A stretch of DNA of 64,000 nt from Bacillota bacterium (GCA_044426085.1 JAWXUU010000005.1:40598-104597); one strand, 5' to 3'. Positions 40,757 through 51,227 are shown, numbered from the stretch's first letter. Notes: generated by a model from the letters alone, not told the origin. Numbers and translations: made by a program.

Positions 40757-42085
40757 ATGAACGATAACATACTGACAATTCAGCTGACAAAAAAGCAACA
40801 TCAGTTTCAAAGGAGCGAAGCATTTGAAACGCTCTTTGGTGGCGCCGCTGGTGGTGGCAAGAGTTACGCACAGATTGTCGACAGTCTTGTTTTCGCAATC
40901 AAGTATCCAAAATCCAAGCAAATTCTTTTGCGAAGAACTTTGGTGGAACTTGAAAAGTCACTTCTAAGAACGGCGATAGACGTTTATCCAAAGGGGATAT
41001 ATATCTATCGCGAAAGCAAGCATTCTTTCGAGTTTGTGAACGGTTCGATTATTGATTTTGGGTATATCGGGCAGGAAAGTGACGTTTGGAAATACCAATC
41101 GACGGAATATGACATCGTGCGGTTTGACGAACTTACTCACTTTTCCGAAAGCATGTATCTTTATATGCTTTCAAGGGTTCGGGGTGCAAACGATTTTCCA
41201 AAAGGCGTGAAATCAACCACCAATCCTGGTGGTGTTGGTCACGACTTTGTGCGAAAGCGGTTTGTGGATATTGGCGAGTGGGGAAAACTTCAAAAATTTG
41301 AAACGGGAAACAGAATTTTCATACCAAGTTTGGTTTTTGAAAACAAGTTTCTTATGGATAAAGACCCAGACTATGTCAAACGGCTTGAAAATTTATCGCA
41401 AAAAGATAAACAAGCGTTGCTTTATGGCAATTGGGACATTTTCGAAGGTAGATTTTTTCCTGAGTTTTCAAGAGACACCCACGTTTGCGACCCATTTGAA
41501 ATACCACAAGGATCGCGAATATTTTGCGTGTTTGATTATGGACTTGACATGCTTGCTTGCTACTTTATCGCGGTTGACAGCTTTTCAAACTGCTATGTGT
41601 TCAAAGAAATTTATAAGCCCGGGCTTATCATTTCGGAATGTGCAGAATTGATAAAAGACACCGCAAGGGGACAACCCATTGAAGCTTTCATCGCACCGCC
41701 CGACATGTGGAATCGCAATCGCGAAGCCGGTCAAAGCGTTGCGGGAATCTTCAAAAAATACGGCATAACATTGCAAAAGACGAACGCTAGGCGTGATGTT
41801 GGCTGGTTCGAACTTAAGGAACTTTTGAAAGTGGGGCTTGACGAATTTGGAAATCAAAACCCACGGCTTAAAATTTTCTCTTGTTGCACCAACCTGATTC
41901 GGTGTTTGGGTAGCATACTGGTTGACACTTCAAAGGTGTTCGACTGTGCAAACCACCCACACGAACTCACCCACAGCGTGGATGCGATAAGGTATTTTGC
42001 AAGCTTTCAGAAAAAAAGCGGTAAAAAGCCTATCAAAACCCCAAAACGCAATGGCGATGTCGGCATGAAAATAACAAAGATATAA
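40757..42085 (+). CDS. terL: Terminase large subunit
   Basis: Walker A FGGAAGGGKS. Start set at ATG 40757 (AAAGGAGG RBS). The upstream 59 codons of the ORF merely translate the A/C tract. Confidence 0.85.
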   Translation: MNDNILTIQLTKKQHQFQRSEAFETLFGGAAGGGKSYAQIVDSLVFAIKYPKSKQILLRRTLVELEKSLLRTAIDVYPKGIYIYRESKHSFEFVNGSIIDFGYIGQESDVWKYQSTEYDIVRFDELTHFSESMYLYMLSRVRGANDFPKGVKSTTNPGGVGHDFVRKRFVDIGEWGKLQKFETGNRIFIPSLVFENKFLMDKDPDYVKRLENLSQKDKQALLYGNWDIFEGRFFPEFSRDTHVCDPFEIPQGSRIFCVFDYGLDMLACYFIAVDSFSNCYVFKEIYKPGLIISECAELIKDTARGQPIEAFIAPPDMWNRNREAGQSVAGIFKKYGITLQKTNARRDVGWFELKELLKVGLDEFGNQNPRLKIFSCCTNLIRCLGSILVDTSKVFDCANHPHELTHSVDAIRYFASFQKKSGKKPIKTPKRNGDVGMKITKI

Positions 42086-42106
42086 CAAAGTTCAAAGGAG
42101 GACAAA

Positions 42107-42334
42107 ATGGAAACTCAAACATTGATGCTTTATATCTTAATACTTATAAATCAAATAATTTCTTATGGACTACTTTTCTATCTTGCAATGAGGGGAAACG
42201 GCGATGTGATTTCTGGCAATGCCAGTGTGGAAAAGCCCGCCAAACCGAATAAAAAGAAATCCGAATCGGAAGAAAAGGAAGACACCAGCGGAAAATATCT
42301 TGATTATATCAACAAGTTTGAGGTGGAAGCATGA
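42107..42334 (+). CDS. Small membrane protein
   Basis: AGGAGG RBS. One TM segment (LMLYILILINQIISYGLLFYLAM) plus a charged tail. ATGA overlap with the portal gene. Confidence 0.5.
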   Translation: METQTLMLYILILINQIISYGLLFYLAMRGNGDVISGNASVEKPAKPNKKKSESEEKEDTSGKYLDYINKFEVEA

Positions 42335-44028
42335 ATTATTCCCTAGCGACAATTCCCGACTACACGCTGTATGAAAAATGCAAGCGCAGGTTGAAAATCG
42401 CGGGATATTTCAAGAAAGTAGAAACTGCCCATGAATTTTTTCAGGGCAACCAGTGGGGCGATTCCCCGCCGGATAACATGCCACGCCCCGTCGTGAACAT
42501 TATCGAGCCAATCGTGAGTTATAAGGTTTCGCAAATAAGCCAAAACGGCATGAATCTTTATATAGAATCGGAAGAATCGAAAGTTCAGCAAGCGTTTGCC
42601 GATAGAATCGATAAAATCTGGGAAAAGCAAGATATGGATAACCTTATTTATGAAGTGCTTTTGAACGCATCTGTTTCGGGCGTTTCGGCGGTTTATTGCT
42701 ATTTCGACGAAGAAAATAAAGATGTGGTTTGCGAAATTAAAGATGCACGGGATATCATTTTCAGTTGCGAACAGGAAACCGATTTGGAAAAGCAAGATTT
42801 TATCATGCTACCTTATCGCGACAGCATTGTAAGGATAAAAGCGGAAGGTGAAAGCCTTGGTCTTTTGCCACAGCAACTTGAAATGATAAGGAAGGATCAA
42901 GATGATTTCGACGACATCGTGGAAAGAACAACTTGCGTTTTGAAGATGTGGAAGGAAAACGGCACAGTGCATTTTTCCAAGTTCACAAGACATGTGGTTT
43001 TGGTGGAAGATGAAGATACAGGCCTAGAAACCTATCCCATTTCCATACTCCCATGGGGTGAAAACGCGGGGAATATCCGCGGGCTTGGCGAAGTTACGAA
43101 AATCTTGCAAAACCAGATTGAAATCAACAAAAACTACGCTCGACGTGGCGTTTCCATTATGGACGGGGCATACCCAAAGATTGCGTATCTCACCGACATG
43201 GTGGAAAATCCCGAATCAATAACAGAAGTTGGTTCAGCAATCGGGGTAAGTGGCACAAGCGTTGCGGATGTTGCAAAGGCGATAACATATCTTTCGCCCG
43301 TGCGAATTTCAAGCGATGCAGAAGCCTACACATCAGAACTTATCGAGCTTACTCGTGCACTTGCGGGTGCTTCGGATAACTCAATTGGGCTTGTGAATCC
43401 CGAAGCTGCTTCGGGCACGGCAATTCTTGCGGTGCAATCGGCGCAACAAATGCCACTTTCAAGGCAGATTGCAAAGATGCGTAAGTTCATCGAAAAACTC
43501 GGCAGGGTTTGGCTTGAACTTTATAAAATGTATTTGCCTTCAGGGTTTGTGACGGATAAGGGCAAAAGGATTTCTAAAAAACAAATCGAAGATGCAATAA
43601 AACATCTGAAAGTTGAAATCTATTCTAAAAGTCCATACACAACAACAGCTGTGGAAAATGCGCTTAAGGGATATTTGGAATCTGGACACATCACCTTTGA
43701 AGATTATTGCAAACTTTTGCCAAACGGCGGTGTCGGTCAAATGGTTTTGAAAAACTACACCCCACCAAGCCAAGAAGAAAAAGCGGAAAGTGCTCAAAGT
43801 GCTATTCAAAGCATGCTTGGTGCAAACGGCTCGGCAAACGGCTCGGCTCAAAACACAGCCACCAACCAAACGGTGAATGCAAACCAAATGGCGAATGCAA
43901 ATCAAGGTGGCGACAGTCAGCTTTACAGCAAAGTTGCAACCCTTGCGAAAAACCGTTGGGGTGATAACAGCGTGAAAACAAACAATAAAAGCAGTGGTAG
44001 CACTGCAAAAAAGACTAATTCAAAATAA
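42331..44028 (+). CDS. Portal protein
   Basis: 565 aa, positioned between terL and the coat gene. Asn/Gln/Ala-rich C-terminal tail. Confidence 0.7.
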   Translation: MNYSLATIPDYTLYEKCKRRLKIAGYFKKVETAHEFFQGNQWGDSPPDNMPRPVVNIIEPIVSYKVSQISQNGMNLYIESEESKVQQAFADRIDKIWEKQDMDNLIYEVLLNASVSGVSAVYCYFDEENKDVVCEIKDARDIIFSCEQETDLEKQDFIMLPYRDSIVRIKAEGESLGLLPQQLEMIRKDQDDFDDIVERTTCVLKMWKENGTVHFSKFTRHVVLVEDEDTGLETYPISILPWGENAGNIRGLGEVTKILQNQIEINKNYARRGVSIMDGAYPKIAYLTDMVENPESITEVGSAIGVSGTSVADVAKAITYLSPVRISSDAEAYTSELIELTRALAGASDNSIGLVNPEAASGTAILAVQSAQQMPLSRQIAKMRKFIEKLGRVWLELYKMYLPSGFVTDKGKRISKKQIEDAIKHLKVEIYSKSPYTTTAVENALKGYLESGHITFEDYCKLLPNGGVGQMVLKNYTPPSQEEKAESAQSAIQSMLGANGSANGSAQNTATNQTVNANQMANANQGGDSQLYSKVATLAKNRWGDNSVKTNNKSSGSTAKKTNSK

Positions 44029-44078
44029 GGGGACTTAAAAAAGTTCCCACAAAATAAACAGACTAAAGGAGAATTATA

Positions 44079-44900
44079 ATGGCATATAAAAACTTTGTCC
44101 CAGAATTTTGGGCGGAAAAAATCGAAGTGGAAAACGAAAAACTATTGGTGCTAGCACCGCTAACAAACCGCAATTGGGAAGGTCAACTTCTTGAAAAAGG
44201 CGACGCGGTGAACATCTTGGGGCTTGCGCGCCCAACGATTGGCGATTATGACGGCGGAGATATCGCAGAAGCAGAAACGCTTGAAGATACAGCAGTGAAA
44301 CTCACAATCGACAAGGCGAAATATTTCAACGTTATTGTCGACGATATCGATAAGCGTCAATCACAACAAAGCATGATGGAAGACATTTTGCACGAATGCA
44401 ACGAATCTATGGCGGACAGGGAAGACAGCGACATCGGCGCAATCATGTGTGAAGGTGCTGGCGTGACGATTGAAGTTGAAGAACTTTCTTCAGACAACGC
44501 GAGAAAATATTTACAAGAAGGCAAAACTGTACTTCTCAAAAACGGCGTGAAAAATTCAAGTGTAATCTGCGCGGCAGTAACGCCAGAATTTTTGGAAAAA
44601 ATCGAACAAGCTGTGGAAAAATTGGACACAGATAACAGCACAGTTGTGACAAACGGATTTGTTGGCAAAACTTCTGGCGTTGAAATTTACGTTTCAAACA
44701 ACTTGCCAACGGAAGACGGCGACGACCTCTGTTTCCTTTTCACAAAACGTGCGGTTGCGCATGCCAAGCAAGTTGCAAAAGTGGAAGCATACCGCCCACA
44801 AGGCAAGTTCTGTGATGCGGTGAAAGGGCTTTCTCTTTACGGATCTAAAGTTATTCGCCCAAAAGAACTCGTGAAATTCAAAATTGAAGAATACGTTTAA
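44079..44900 (+). CDS. Major capsid protein, P22-coat-like small form
   Basis: The N-terminus NFVPEFWAEKIEVENEKLLVLAPLTNRNWEGQLLEKGDAVNI matches the pattern I recall for the P22_CoatProtein family (NFIPEIWS...L...V.A.LVNRDYEG.I...GDTV.I). Confidence 0.65.
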   Translation: MAYKNFVPEFWAEKIEVENEKLLVLAPLTNRNWEGQLLEKGDAVNILGLARPTIGDYDGGDIAEAETLEDTAVKLTIDKAKYFNVIVDDIDKRQSQQSMMEDILHECNESMADREDSDIGAIMCEGAGVTIEVEELSSDNARKYLQEGKTVLLKNGVKNSSVICAAVTPEFLEKIEQAVEKLDTDNSTVVTNGFVGKTSGVEIYVSNNLPTEDGDDLCFLFTKRAVAHAKQVAKVEAYRPQGKFCDAVKGLSLYGSKVIRPKELVKFKIEEYV

Positions 44901-44926
44901 AAATCAAAGATAAAAGGAGATAAAAC

Positions 44927-45250
44927 ATGAATAAAATTGAAAAAGCCAACACAGCTGTGACAGTTGCAACTGCCACAGCAATGACAGCGCAAACAGCATA
45001 CGACCTAACATCAAAAGACGGAAAAACTATGTTTATTGCGGAAAATGCCACTTCATCAGCAATCAATTTGGTGGTGGAAGCTGGCGAAGGACTTCAAGGA
45101 ACAGAAAACCTTACAATGGCTGTTCCTGCAAACTCAAAAATTTGCTTTGCCCTTGAAAGTGGCAAGTATAAAAAGCTTTATGGCGAAAATAAAGGTTGCG
45201 TGCTTTTCAGCGGTACGGGTCTTAAAATTTCGACATTCATCCTTCCGTAG
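44927..45250 (+). CDS. Hypothetical virion-module protein (107 aa)
   Basis: AAGGAG RBS; follows the coat gene. Confidence 0.45.
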   Translation: MNKIEKANTAVTVATATAMTAQTAYDLTSKDGKTMFIAENATSSAINLVVEAGEGLQGTENLTMAVPANSKICFALESGKYKKLYGENKGCVLFSGTGLKISTFILP

Positions 45251-45378
45251 GTTTATTGAAAAACAAATAACAACAATACAAAAATAAAAAAATAACAACA
45301 AAACAAAATAACAATACAAATCAATAAACAAACAAAAAAAGGGAGCGTGGAAAATTTTCACCTCCCAAAGGAGGATGT

Positions 45379-45945
45379 ATGAAGCTAGGAGAACTAAAGG
45401 AATATACAATGCAAATGTGCGAAGATTATACCTCCGCACCATCGACATACGATGAAGAAAACAGCGGTTATAACTTCACAAGCGACAGCGACTACGACAA
45501 AAAAATAATCGTTGCAATCAACAGTGTGTTTTCTGAAATCGCTTCGGTGGTTCCCCTTATCAAAACCACAACAGTAATCCCAATCGCGGGGGAAGTGGCA
45601 CTTCCCGTTTCAACAAAGCAAGTGAAGAAGTGCTGTATTTTTGATAAAAGCGTGCCTTTTGTTGTGTCTGATGACATCATAAGGTTTGGCAGGGAATATC
45701 CAAGCGTGGATATCACCTATGAAAAAGTGCCAACTATGTTTTTTGCCAGCACGCCAAACTCCACTGTGCTTGAATTTACCGACGATGTTTGCGGTGTTGC
45801 GGTTTACGGCGTTTGTGCGGACCTTTTGAAGATTTCTGGCGATTATGAAATCTTTGAAGCGAAGTATCAATCGAGGATTGCAAGGCTTTCAAAGCCAAGC
45901 AAAATACAGTTTGTCAACTTGCATAAGCGAGGTTTTGCGCCATGA
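45379..45945 (+). CDS. Hypothetical virion-module protein (188 aa)
   Basis: AGGAGG RBS; ATGA overlap with the next gene. Confidence 0.45.
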   Translation: MKLGELKEYTMQMCEDYTSAPSTYDEENSGYNFTSDSDYDKKIIVAINSVFSEIASVVPLIKTTTVIPIAGEVALPVSTKQVKKCCIFDKSVPFVVSDDIIRFGREYPSVDITYEKVPTMFFASTPNSTVLEFTDDVCGVAVYGVCADLLKISGDYEIFEAKYQSRIARLSKPSKIQFVNLHKRGFAP

Positions 45946-47864
45946 AAACAGTAACAAAAGTATGCGCAGAACTCGCGGGTGTAGACTTTTCCAAAGATGA
46001 AAGTTTCGTGTCTGATAGAAGGTCGCCAATGATGGTGAATATGTATAAAGACTACAATCAAACATTCAACACTGCGGTGGAAACTCGCCCAGGATTTCGC
46101 CTTGAAAAGCCCTTTGAAGATGGAATAACAAACGCGTTTGCATCAAAGAATTTAGATGATTGCTTGTTTGTTCATTCGGATGGCGTGATATATCTTTATC
46201 GCGAAGAAAACGAAAAGATGTTTCTTGCAGACTGCGAAAAAACCCCTTATTTTGTGGACTTTTTCGGGCGAATAATCGCCTATGCGGGAAGCGAGATTTT
46301 CGGCTTTCAGTTTGAACAGGTGGATGAAGATGGCGAAGTTTCCGACCTTTCTGAAAGCGACGGATATATTTCCACCAAAAACCTTGGCGATGATATTTAT
46401 ATGCACGTTTTTAACGAGATGGAAAGGGCGTTTGTGCCACTTACTTATATGATAGCACGCGACGGCACAGTCACGGAATATCAAGGCATAAACCTTCTCA
46501 CGGGGAAACAGCGAAACTATTTTCAAGTGGACGGCTCAACAAAAGATTTAACCCTTATCCCATACGCGCCAGATGGTGATTGTGAAATCCTTTCTGTGCT
46601 TGTTTCGGGAGTTGAAACAACTGCGTACACAGTTTATGAAAATGTTCTCACGCTCAGTTCAACACCCGCCGATATGACAGAAATTGAAATCACTTATTAT
46701 CAAGAAGTGGATAACGCAATTGCAAATTGCAATGTGTTTTATTGCTTTGACGAACGCGTGTTTGCGGGGGGATATGGCGACGGGTATTTTTGGTCGGGAC
46801 TTTCCGACCCAACGTATTTTCCCGTGCTTGCTTATGAAGGGATAGATAACGGCCCAGTGACAGGGTTTTTCCAAGTGTCGTCGAATCTTTTGGTGACGTC
46901 GGAAAACCAAACGTGCATTTGTTCCACTGTGCTAACAGAGGTGGAAACGCTTCCAAAAACCTATCCAAACTATGCCATTTCAAACACTTATGGTGGCAAG
47001 GTTTGCGGAGATTTTCTAAACGACCCAGTGGTGCTTACAAACTATGGTCTTATGGGCATTTCAAGTGTGGATTACTACGGCGAAAGAAACCTTTTTCCAA
47101 GGTCTACACTCGTGAATGGCAGGCTGACAAACGAATCTGACCTGCAAAATGCCAGCATGTGTTTATACCGCGAATATTTGGTTATTGCGGTTAATGGCAA
47201 CATATATATGGCGAATTCGCGCGAGACAATAGACACCGATACCGACTTTGAATACGAGTGGTATTATTGGACGGATATCGGGGCGGAAGAAGACGGGATT
47301 TTCTTTCCGGCAACGAAGATTTTTCAAAACAACGACAGACTGCTTTTTGTGACGGAAAACGGATACGTGGGAATTTTCAACACCGATATGCTTAAGCCAA
47401 TATACGGCGGAGAGCAAGGTGGCGAGCTGGTTTCCTACGCATATGCCGACGATGTTGCAACGGTTTCTGATGGCGAAGTGGTTCTTTCAAAAAAGGCAAT
47501 CTTTTCCTGTTATGTGACAACGCTTGACGACTTTGGTTTTCGAGCCTTTCGCAAAAACAGCCGAAAGGTGGGCAACCTTTGCGATTTGAAAGCCTTTTCG
47601 CACACAAAGTGTAAAATAAGGGCGAGATCATCAACTTCAACTTTCAACGATGTTGGGTCTTATATTGGGGATTATATGGACTTTTCCGATGTGGATTTTA
47701 GCAATTTCACATTCAGCACGTCAGACCTAGCAACGTTTTTTTTCAAGCCGTCGCTAAAGAAATTCCAAAAGAGTCAACTTATGTTGTATTCCGACGAACT
47801 TTATAAGCCTTTTGGCGTTCTTGGTATTTATCAAGAAGTGGAAGTTTTGGGATACGCAAAATAA
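45942..47864 (+). CDS. Large virion/tail structural protein (640 aa)
   Basis: Called from position and size; beta-rich composition; no motif recognised. Confidence 0.45.
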   Translation: MKTVTKVCAELAGVDFSKDESFVSDRRSPMMVNMYKDYNQTFNTAVETRPGFRLEKPFEDGITNAFASKNLDDCLFVHSDGVIYLYREENEKMFLADCEKTPYFVDFFGRIIAYAGSEIFGFQFEQVDEDGEVSDLSESDGYISTKNLGDDIYMHVFNEMERAFVPLTYMIARDGTVTEYQGINLLTGKQRNYFQVDGSTKDLTLIPYAPDGDCEILSVLVSGVETTAYTVYENVLTLSSTPADMTEIEITYYQEVDNAIANCNVFYCFDERVFAGGYGDGYFWSGLSDPTYFPVLAYEGIDNGPVTGFFQVSSNLLVTSENQTCICSTVLTEVETLPKTYPNYAISNTYGGKVCGDFLNDPVVLTNYGLMGISSVDYYGERNLFPRSTLVNGRLTNESDLQNASMCLYREYLVIAVNGNIYMANSRETIDTDTDFEYEWYYWTDIGAEEDGIFFPATKIFQNNDRLLFVTENGYVGIFNTDMLKPIYGGEQGGELVSYAYADDVATVSDGEVVLSKKAIFSCYVTTLDDFGFRAFRKNSRKVGNLCDLKAFSHTKCKIRARSSTSTFNDVGSYIGDYMDFSDVDFSNFTFSTSDLATFFFKPSLKKFQKSQLMLYSDELYKPFGVLGIYQEVEVLGYAK

Positions 47865-47896
47865 AAGAAATGTCAAAAAAATTTAAAGGAGATAAA

Positions 47897-48616
47897 ATGA
47901 ATCAACAAAATAACAAAATGAATATGTCGCAAGAAGATTTGCGAAACGAAGTGCTCAAAAGCGGTCTTTGCAACGAACTTATGGGTGGATTGCTTGATGA
48001 AAACGGCAATCTGCCACAAGTTGGTGGCGGAAATCAAGGTATGCAAGGAATGCAAGGTCAAGGCATGCAAAATATGCAAGGTGGGGGTATGCAAGGAATG
48101 CAAGGTCAAAACATGCAAGGTGGGGGAATGCAAGGCATGCAATCTCCGCCAAAGTCGGAAGAAGAGATTGTCGCATTCATTGAAAACTGCAGGGCAAATT
48201 GCAAACAAGATGAAATCACAATACAATCGCTTTTGTGCAAGGTTTATGACCTTATTCAAAAGGAAAAAAGGCTTGTTGAAGTTATCAATTCCTACAAGCA
48301 AAAGGGGTTTGGAAGACAGATGCCACAAATGCAAATGCAAGGCTACGGCACGCCTATGCAAGGATACGGTATGCAAGGTTATGGCATGCAAATGCCTATG
48401 CAAGGATACGCAATGCCAACGCAAAGCTATGGAACGCAAAGCTATGGAATGCAAAGTGGTGGGGAAGAAAATTTCAACATGCCAAAATCAACTGGAAGCA
48501 CTCGCCAAACAATAAAGGATCGTCAGTTCATTCCAAAATCCCAAGCAATGCAAATGTCGCGTGACGAAATTCGCGAAAATTTTGATTTGATAGATAAGTC
48601 AAGAAAGGAGTGGTGA
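47897..48616 (+). CDS. Met/Gln/Gly(/Tyr)-rich low-complexity protein
   Basis: AGGAG RBS before ATG 47897. Contains GMQGMQGQGMQNMQGGGMQGMQGQNMQGGGMQGMQ and MQMQGYGTPMQGYGMQGYGMQMPMQGYAMP. Confidence 0.6.
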   Translation: MNQQNNKMNMSQEDLRNEVLKSGLCNELMGGLLDENGNLPQVGGGNQGMQGMQGQGMQNMQGGGMQGMQGQNMQGGGMQGMQSPPKSEEEIVAFIENCRANCKQDEITIQSLLCKVYDLIQKEKRLVEVINSYKQKGFGRQMPQMQMQGYGTPMQGYGMQGYGMQMPMQGYAMPTQSYGTQSYGMQSGGEENFNMPKSTGSTRQTIKDRQFIPKSQAMQMSRDEIRENFDLIDKSRKEW

Positions 48617-48617
48617 T

Positions 48618-50324
48618 ATGCCAATAGAAGATTATAAACTCAAATCCTCCGATTATGAAGGCAACAGAATTGCCGACCTTTCGGACAGACCAACCGACAC
48701 AGATATGGAAGGTGGCGACGGACTGAGTGCGAGTATGTTGAAAGCTTGTTTCGATTATATTCCAATCAATGTGCTTGGCGAACAAAAACTCAACGGACTT
48801 ATTGATTATCTTCTCACTGGTGATTTTGCAAGTGAATTTCCAATGGATAACGCAAGCGGGAATGTTTCCACGCTTGCGGAATCAATCGCGGAAAAGATTG
48901 CAAGCACCAACGTGAAGTTTATAAGGATAAATTCCGATAAGGTTTTGGAAACGTCAACCGACGGCGAAACTTGGGAAGCAACTGGCTCTTCTGGTCACAT
49001 CATATTGAATGACGAAGGGGAGGAGATAACTCAACGTTCGCGTTTGCAATTCAAAACTGTTGATGTTTATGACGAAGGCGATGTGACTGTTGTGGAATGC
49101 TTGAAAGGCGACCAAGGCGAAAAAGGCGACACTGGCGAAAAAGGTGACACAGGTGACACGGGCAACACGGGAAATCAAGGCGAGCGTGGCTACGCACTTG
49201 TTCCAACAGTATCTGAAACGGGTGATATTTCGTGGGCGGTTTCCGAAACGGCAACAATCCCAACGGCAAGAAACATTCAAGGTCCACAAGGTTCGCAAGG
49301 CATACAAGGCGTTCAAGGCGTCGCGGGGTCGCAAGGCATGCAGGGCATTCAAGGTCCAAGTGGTGTTCAAGGTGTGCAAGGCGAAAAGGGTGACACCGGT
49401 GAAACGGGCACAACGGGGCCACAAGGATCGCAAGGGGTGCAAGGCATTCAAGGTTATCAAGGTGAAAAAGGTGACGACGGCGAAGACGGAAGAAGCTTTT
49501 CTATTGCGGATATATATGCCACGTTATACGACTTGAAATCAGCGCTGCCAAACGGTGACGAAAATGCCTATCAAGTGACATCAGAAGATAAAGAAATCTT
49601 TATTTTCAGCGAACTTGAAAACGATTGGGAAAGTCTTGGTGCACTTCAAGGTGTTCAAGGCGAGCAAGGTGTTCAAGGCGAACAAGGGCCTCAAGGTGAA
49701 CAGGGCGAACAAGGTTTGCAAGGTGCAACGGGGGCTCAAGGTATTCAAGGTCCAGAAGGCATTCAAGGTCCAGAAGGTGCTCAAGGGTCTCAGGGGCTTC
49801 AAGGTGAAACAGGTCCTGCGGGGCTTTCGGCATACGAACATGCTCTTAATGGTGGCTACACAGGCACTCAAGAAGAATATGAAATTGACATTGCAAATAT
49901 CGGTGCCTACGCGCTTGAGGCTGACCTTGTAACCCTTCAAGGCTCTGGGTATGTTTCAACGGAAAACGTGCACGCAAATGCCCTTGCGATATCAGAAAAA
50001 GCGTCGCAAGAAGATTTGAACTCGGTATCGGCTGTGGCTGTTGCAAAGGTGGGAAAGTCGACATATCAAACGGCAACGCTTTATGCAGACACTTGGAGTG
50101 GCACAGATGCCCCATTTGGTTATTCCCTTGCTGTTTCAGGTGTGACGGCAACTTCAAATCAAGAACTTTTGCCAAGTCTTTCAATAACGGTAGACCAGCT
50201 TGAATATTTGCAAGTTGCAAATGTGCAAGATGCAGGGCAATCGGACGGTGCAATAAGTCTTTATGCTTGGGGGGATAAGCCAGAAGTGGATATCCCAATA
50301 AGAATTATTTTGAGAGGTGACTAG
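48618..50324 (+). CDS. Collagen-like tail fibre (three GXY blocks)
   Basis: GDQGEKGDTGEKGDTGDTGNTGNQGERG; GPQGSQGIQGVQG...GEKGDDGEDG; GVQGEQGVQGEQGPQG...GETGPAG. Confidence 0.8.
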   Translation: MPIEDYKLKSSDYEGNRIADLSDRPTDTDMEGGDGLSASMLKACFDYIPINVLGEQKLNGLIDYLLTGDFASEFPMDNASGNVSTLAESIAEKIASTNVKFIRINSDKVLETSTDGETWEATGSSGHIILNDEGEEITQRSRLQFKTVDVYDEGDVTVVECLKGDQGEKGDTGEKGDTGDTGNTGNQGERGYALVPTVSETGDISWAVSETATIPTARNIQGPQGSQGIQGVQGVAGSQGMQGIQGPSGVQGVQGEKGDTGETGTTGPQGSQGVQGIQGYQGEKGDDGEDGRSFSIADIYATLYDLKSALPNGDENAYQVTSEDKEIFIFSELENDWESLGALQGVQGEQGVQGEQGPQGEQGEQGLQGATGAQGIQGPEGIQGPEGAQGSQGLQGETGPAGLSAYEHALNGGYTGTQEEYEIDIANIGAYALEADLVTLQGSGYVSTENVHANALAISEKASQEDLNSVSAVAVAKVGKSTYQTATLYADTWSGTDAPFGYSLAVSGVTATSNQELLPSLSITVDQLEYLQVANVQDAGQSDGAISLYAWGDKPEVDIPIRIILRGD

Positions 50325-51218
50325 ATGGCAAATATAATAAAATTTGGCGGTGGCGCTGGTGGGTATAACAAGCTGAAAATTGTCGTGCCAGATGGCGCAA
50401 CCGAAGTGAAGTGCTACAGACTGGACGAAAGCGATGGAAGTATCGTGAGGGAACTTAGTGATGGTGCAACGCTCAGGGCAGGTTGGATACTAAAAACATT
50501 CGCCACGCCAGACACAATTGAAAGCAATGTGTATGTAGTGCCAGAACTTGATGTGAATTTTGTGGTTACCGCAGGTGACAGATTGTGGGAAGGCATAGTT
50601 GAACTTGTTGAAAAAGGTATTGTTGAAAATGTATATGAAGTAGGCGATACAATTTCTTTCACTTGCACTGATGATTGGACAGGATATGCAACTATCATGG
50701 GCTTCAATCACGATGAAAAAAGTGACGGAACTGGTTATGCAGCAGTGACATTTGGAACGGAATATTTGTATCATACAACATATTCTATGTGGAATACCAG
50801 TGGTGCACAGGGTTCGTATCCAAATATGAAGATGGCGTATGAACATTTGCCAGCCATATTGGAAACTCTTCCCGATACGATAAAAGATAATATCAAAACA
50901 GTTGTTAAATCTTCTGAATACTTCAATGGTAACTGTGTTGATACTGACGCTAATTTATGGCTGTTTTCATCAGCGGAAATTGGACTGCATACAGGGGCGG
51001 AGGATTCCACGCTTTATCCATACTATCGCGACGGTGGAAGTTTGATAAAGAATATATATGGTGCTTCTGCAAGCAATTGGCTCACACGAAGTGCTGTATA
51101 CAGTTATAATAGTTCAACAATATACTACTCATCTTGGCTAGGGGTTACAGCAACAGGGACATTGACAATGATTGGCTGTGGCACTTCGGCAGGCGTCAAT
51201 TTTGGCTTCTGCTTATAA
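50325..51218 (+). CDS. Putative receptor-binding / fibre-tip protein
   Basis: Starts 1 nt after the fibre gene stop. The C-terminal pattern NLWLFSSAEIGL...NWLTRSA resembles DUF6273-type domains, recalled from memory. Confidence 0.4.
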   Translation: MANIIKFGGGAGGYNKLKIVVPDGATEVKCYRLDESDGSIVRELSDGATLRAGWILKTFATPDTIESNVYVVPELDVNFVVTAGDRLWEGIVELVEKGIVENVYEVGDTISFTCTDDWTGYATIMGFNHDEKSDGTGYAAVTFGTEYLYHTTYSMWNTSGAQGSYPNMKMAYEHLPAILETLPDTIKDNIKTVVKSSEYFNGNCVDTDANLWLFSSAEIGLHTGAEDSTLYPYYRDGGSLIKNIYGASASNWLTRSAVYSYNSSTIYYSSWLGVTATGTLTMIGCGTSAGVNFGFCL

Positions 51219-51227
51219 GGGGGAAAC

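Noticed and set aside
47873-48515. ORFs 47873-48454 (minus), 47985-48515 (plus) and 47979-48176 (minus) overlapping the MQG-repeat gene. Several ORFs at 48954-50298 overlapping the collagen-like gene belong to the same class.
   Set aside because: These are frame artefacts of ATGCAAGG and GGNCAAGG repeats. The sense frames have an RBS and fit the operon.
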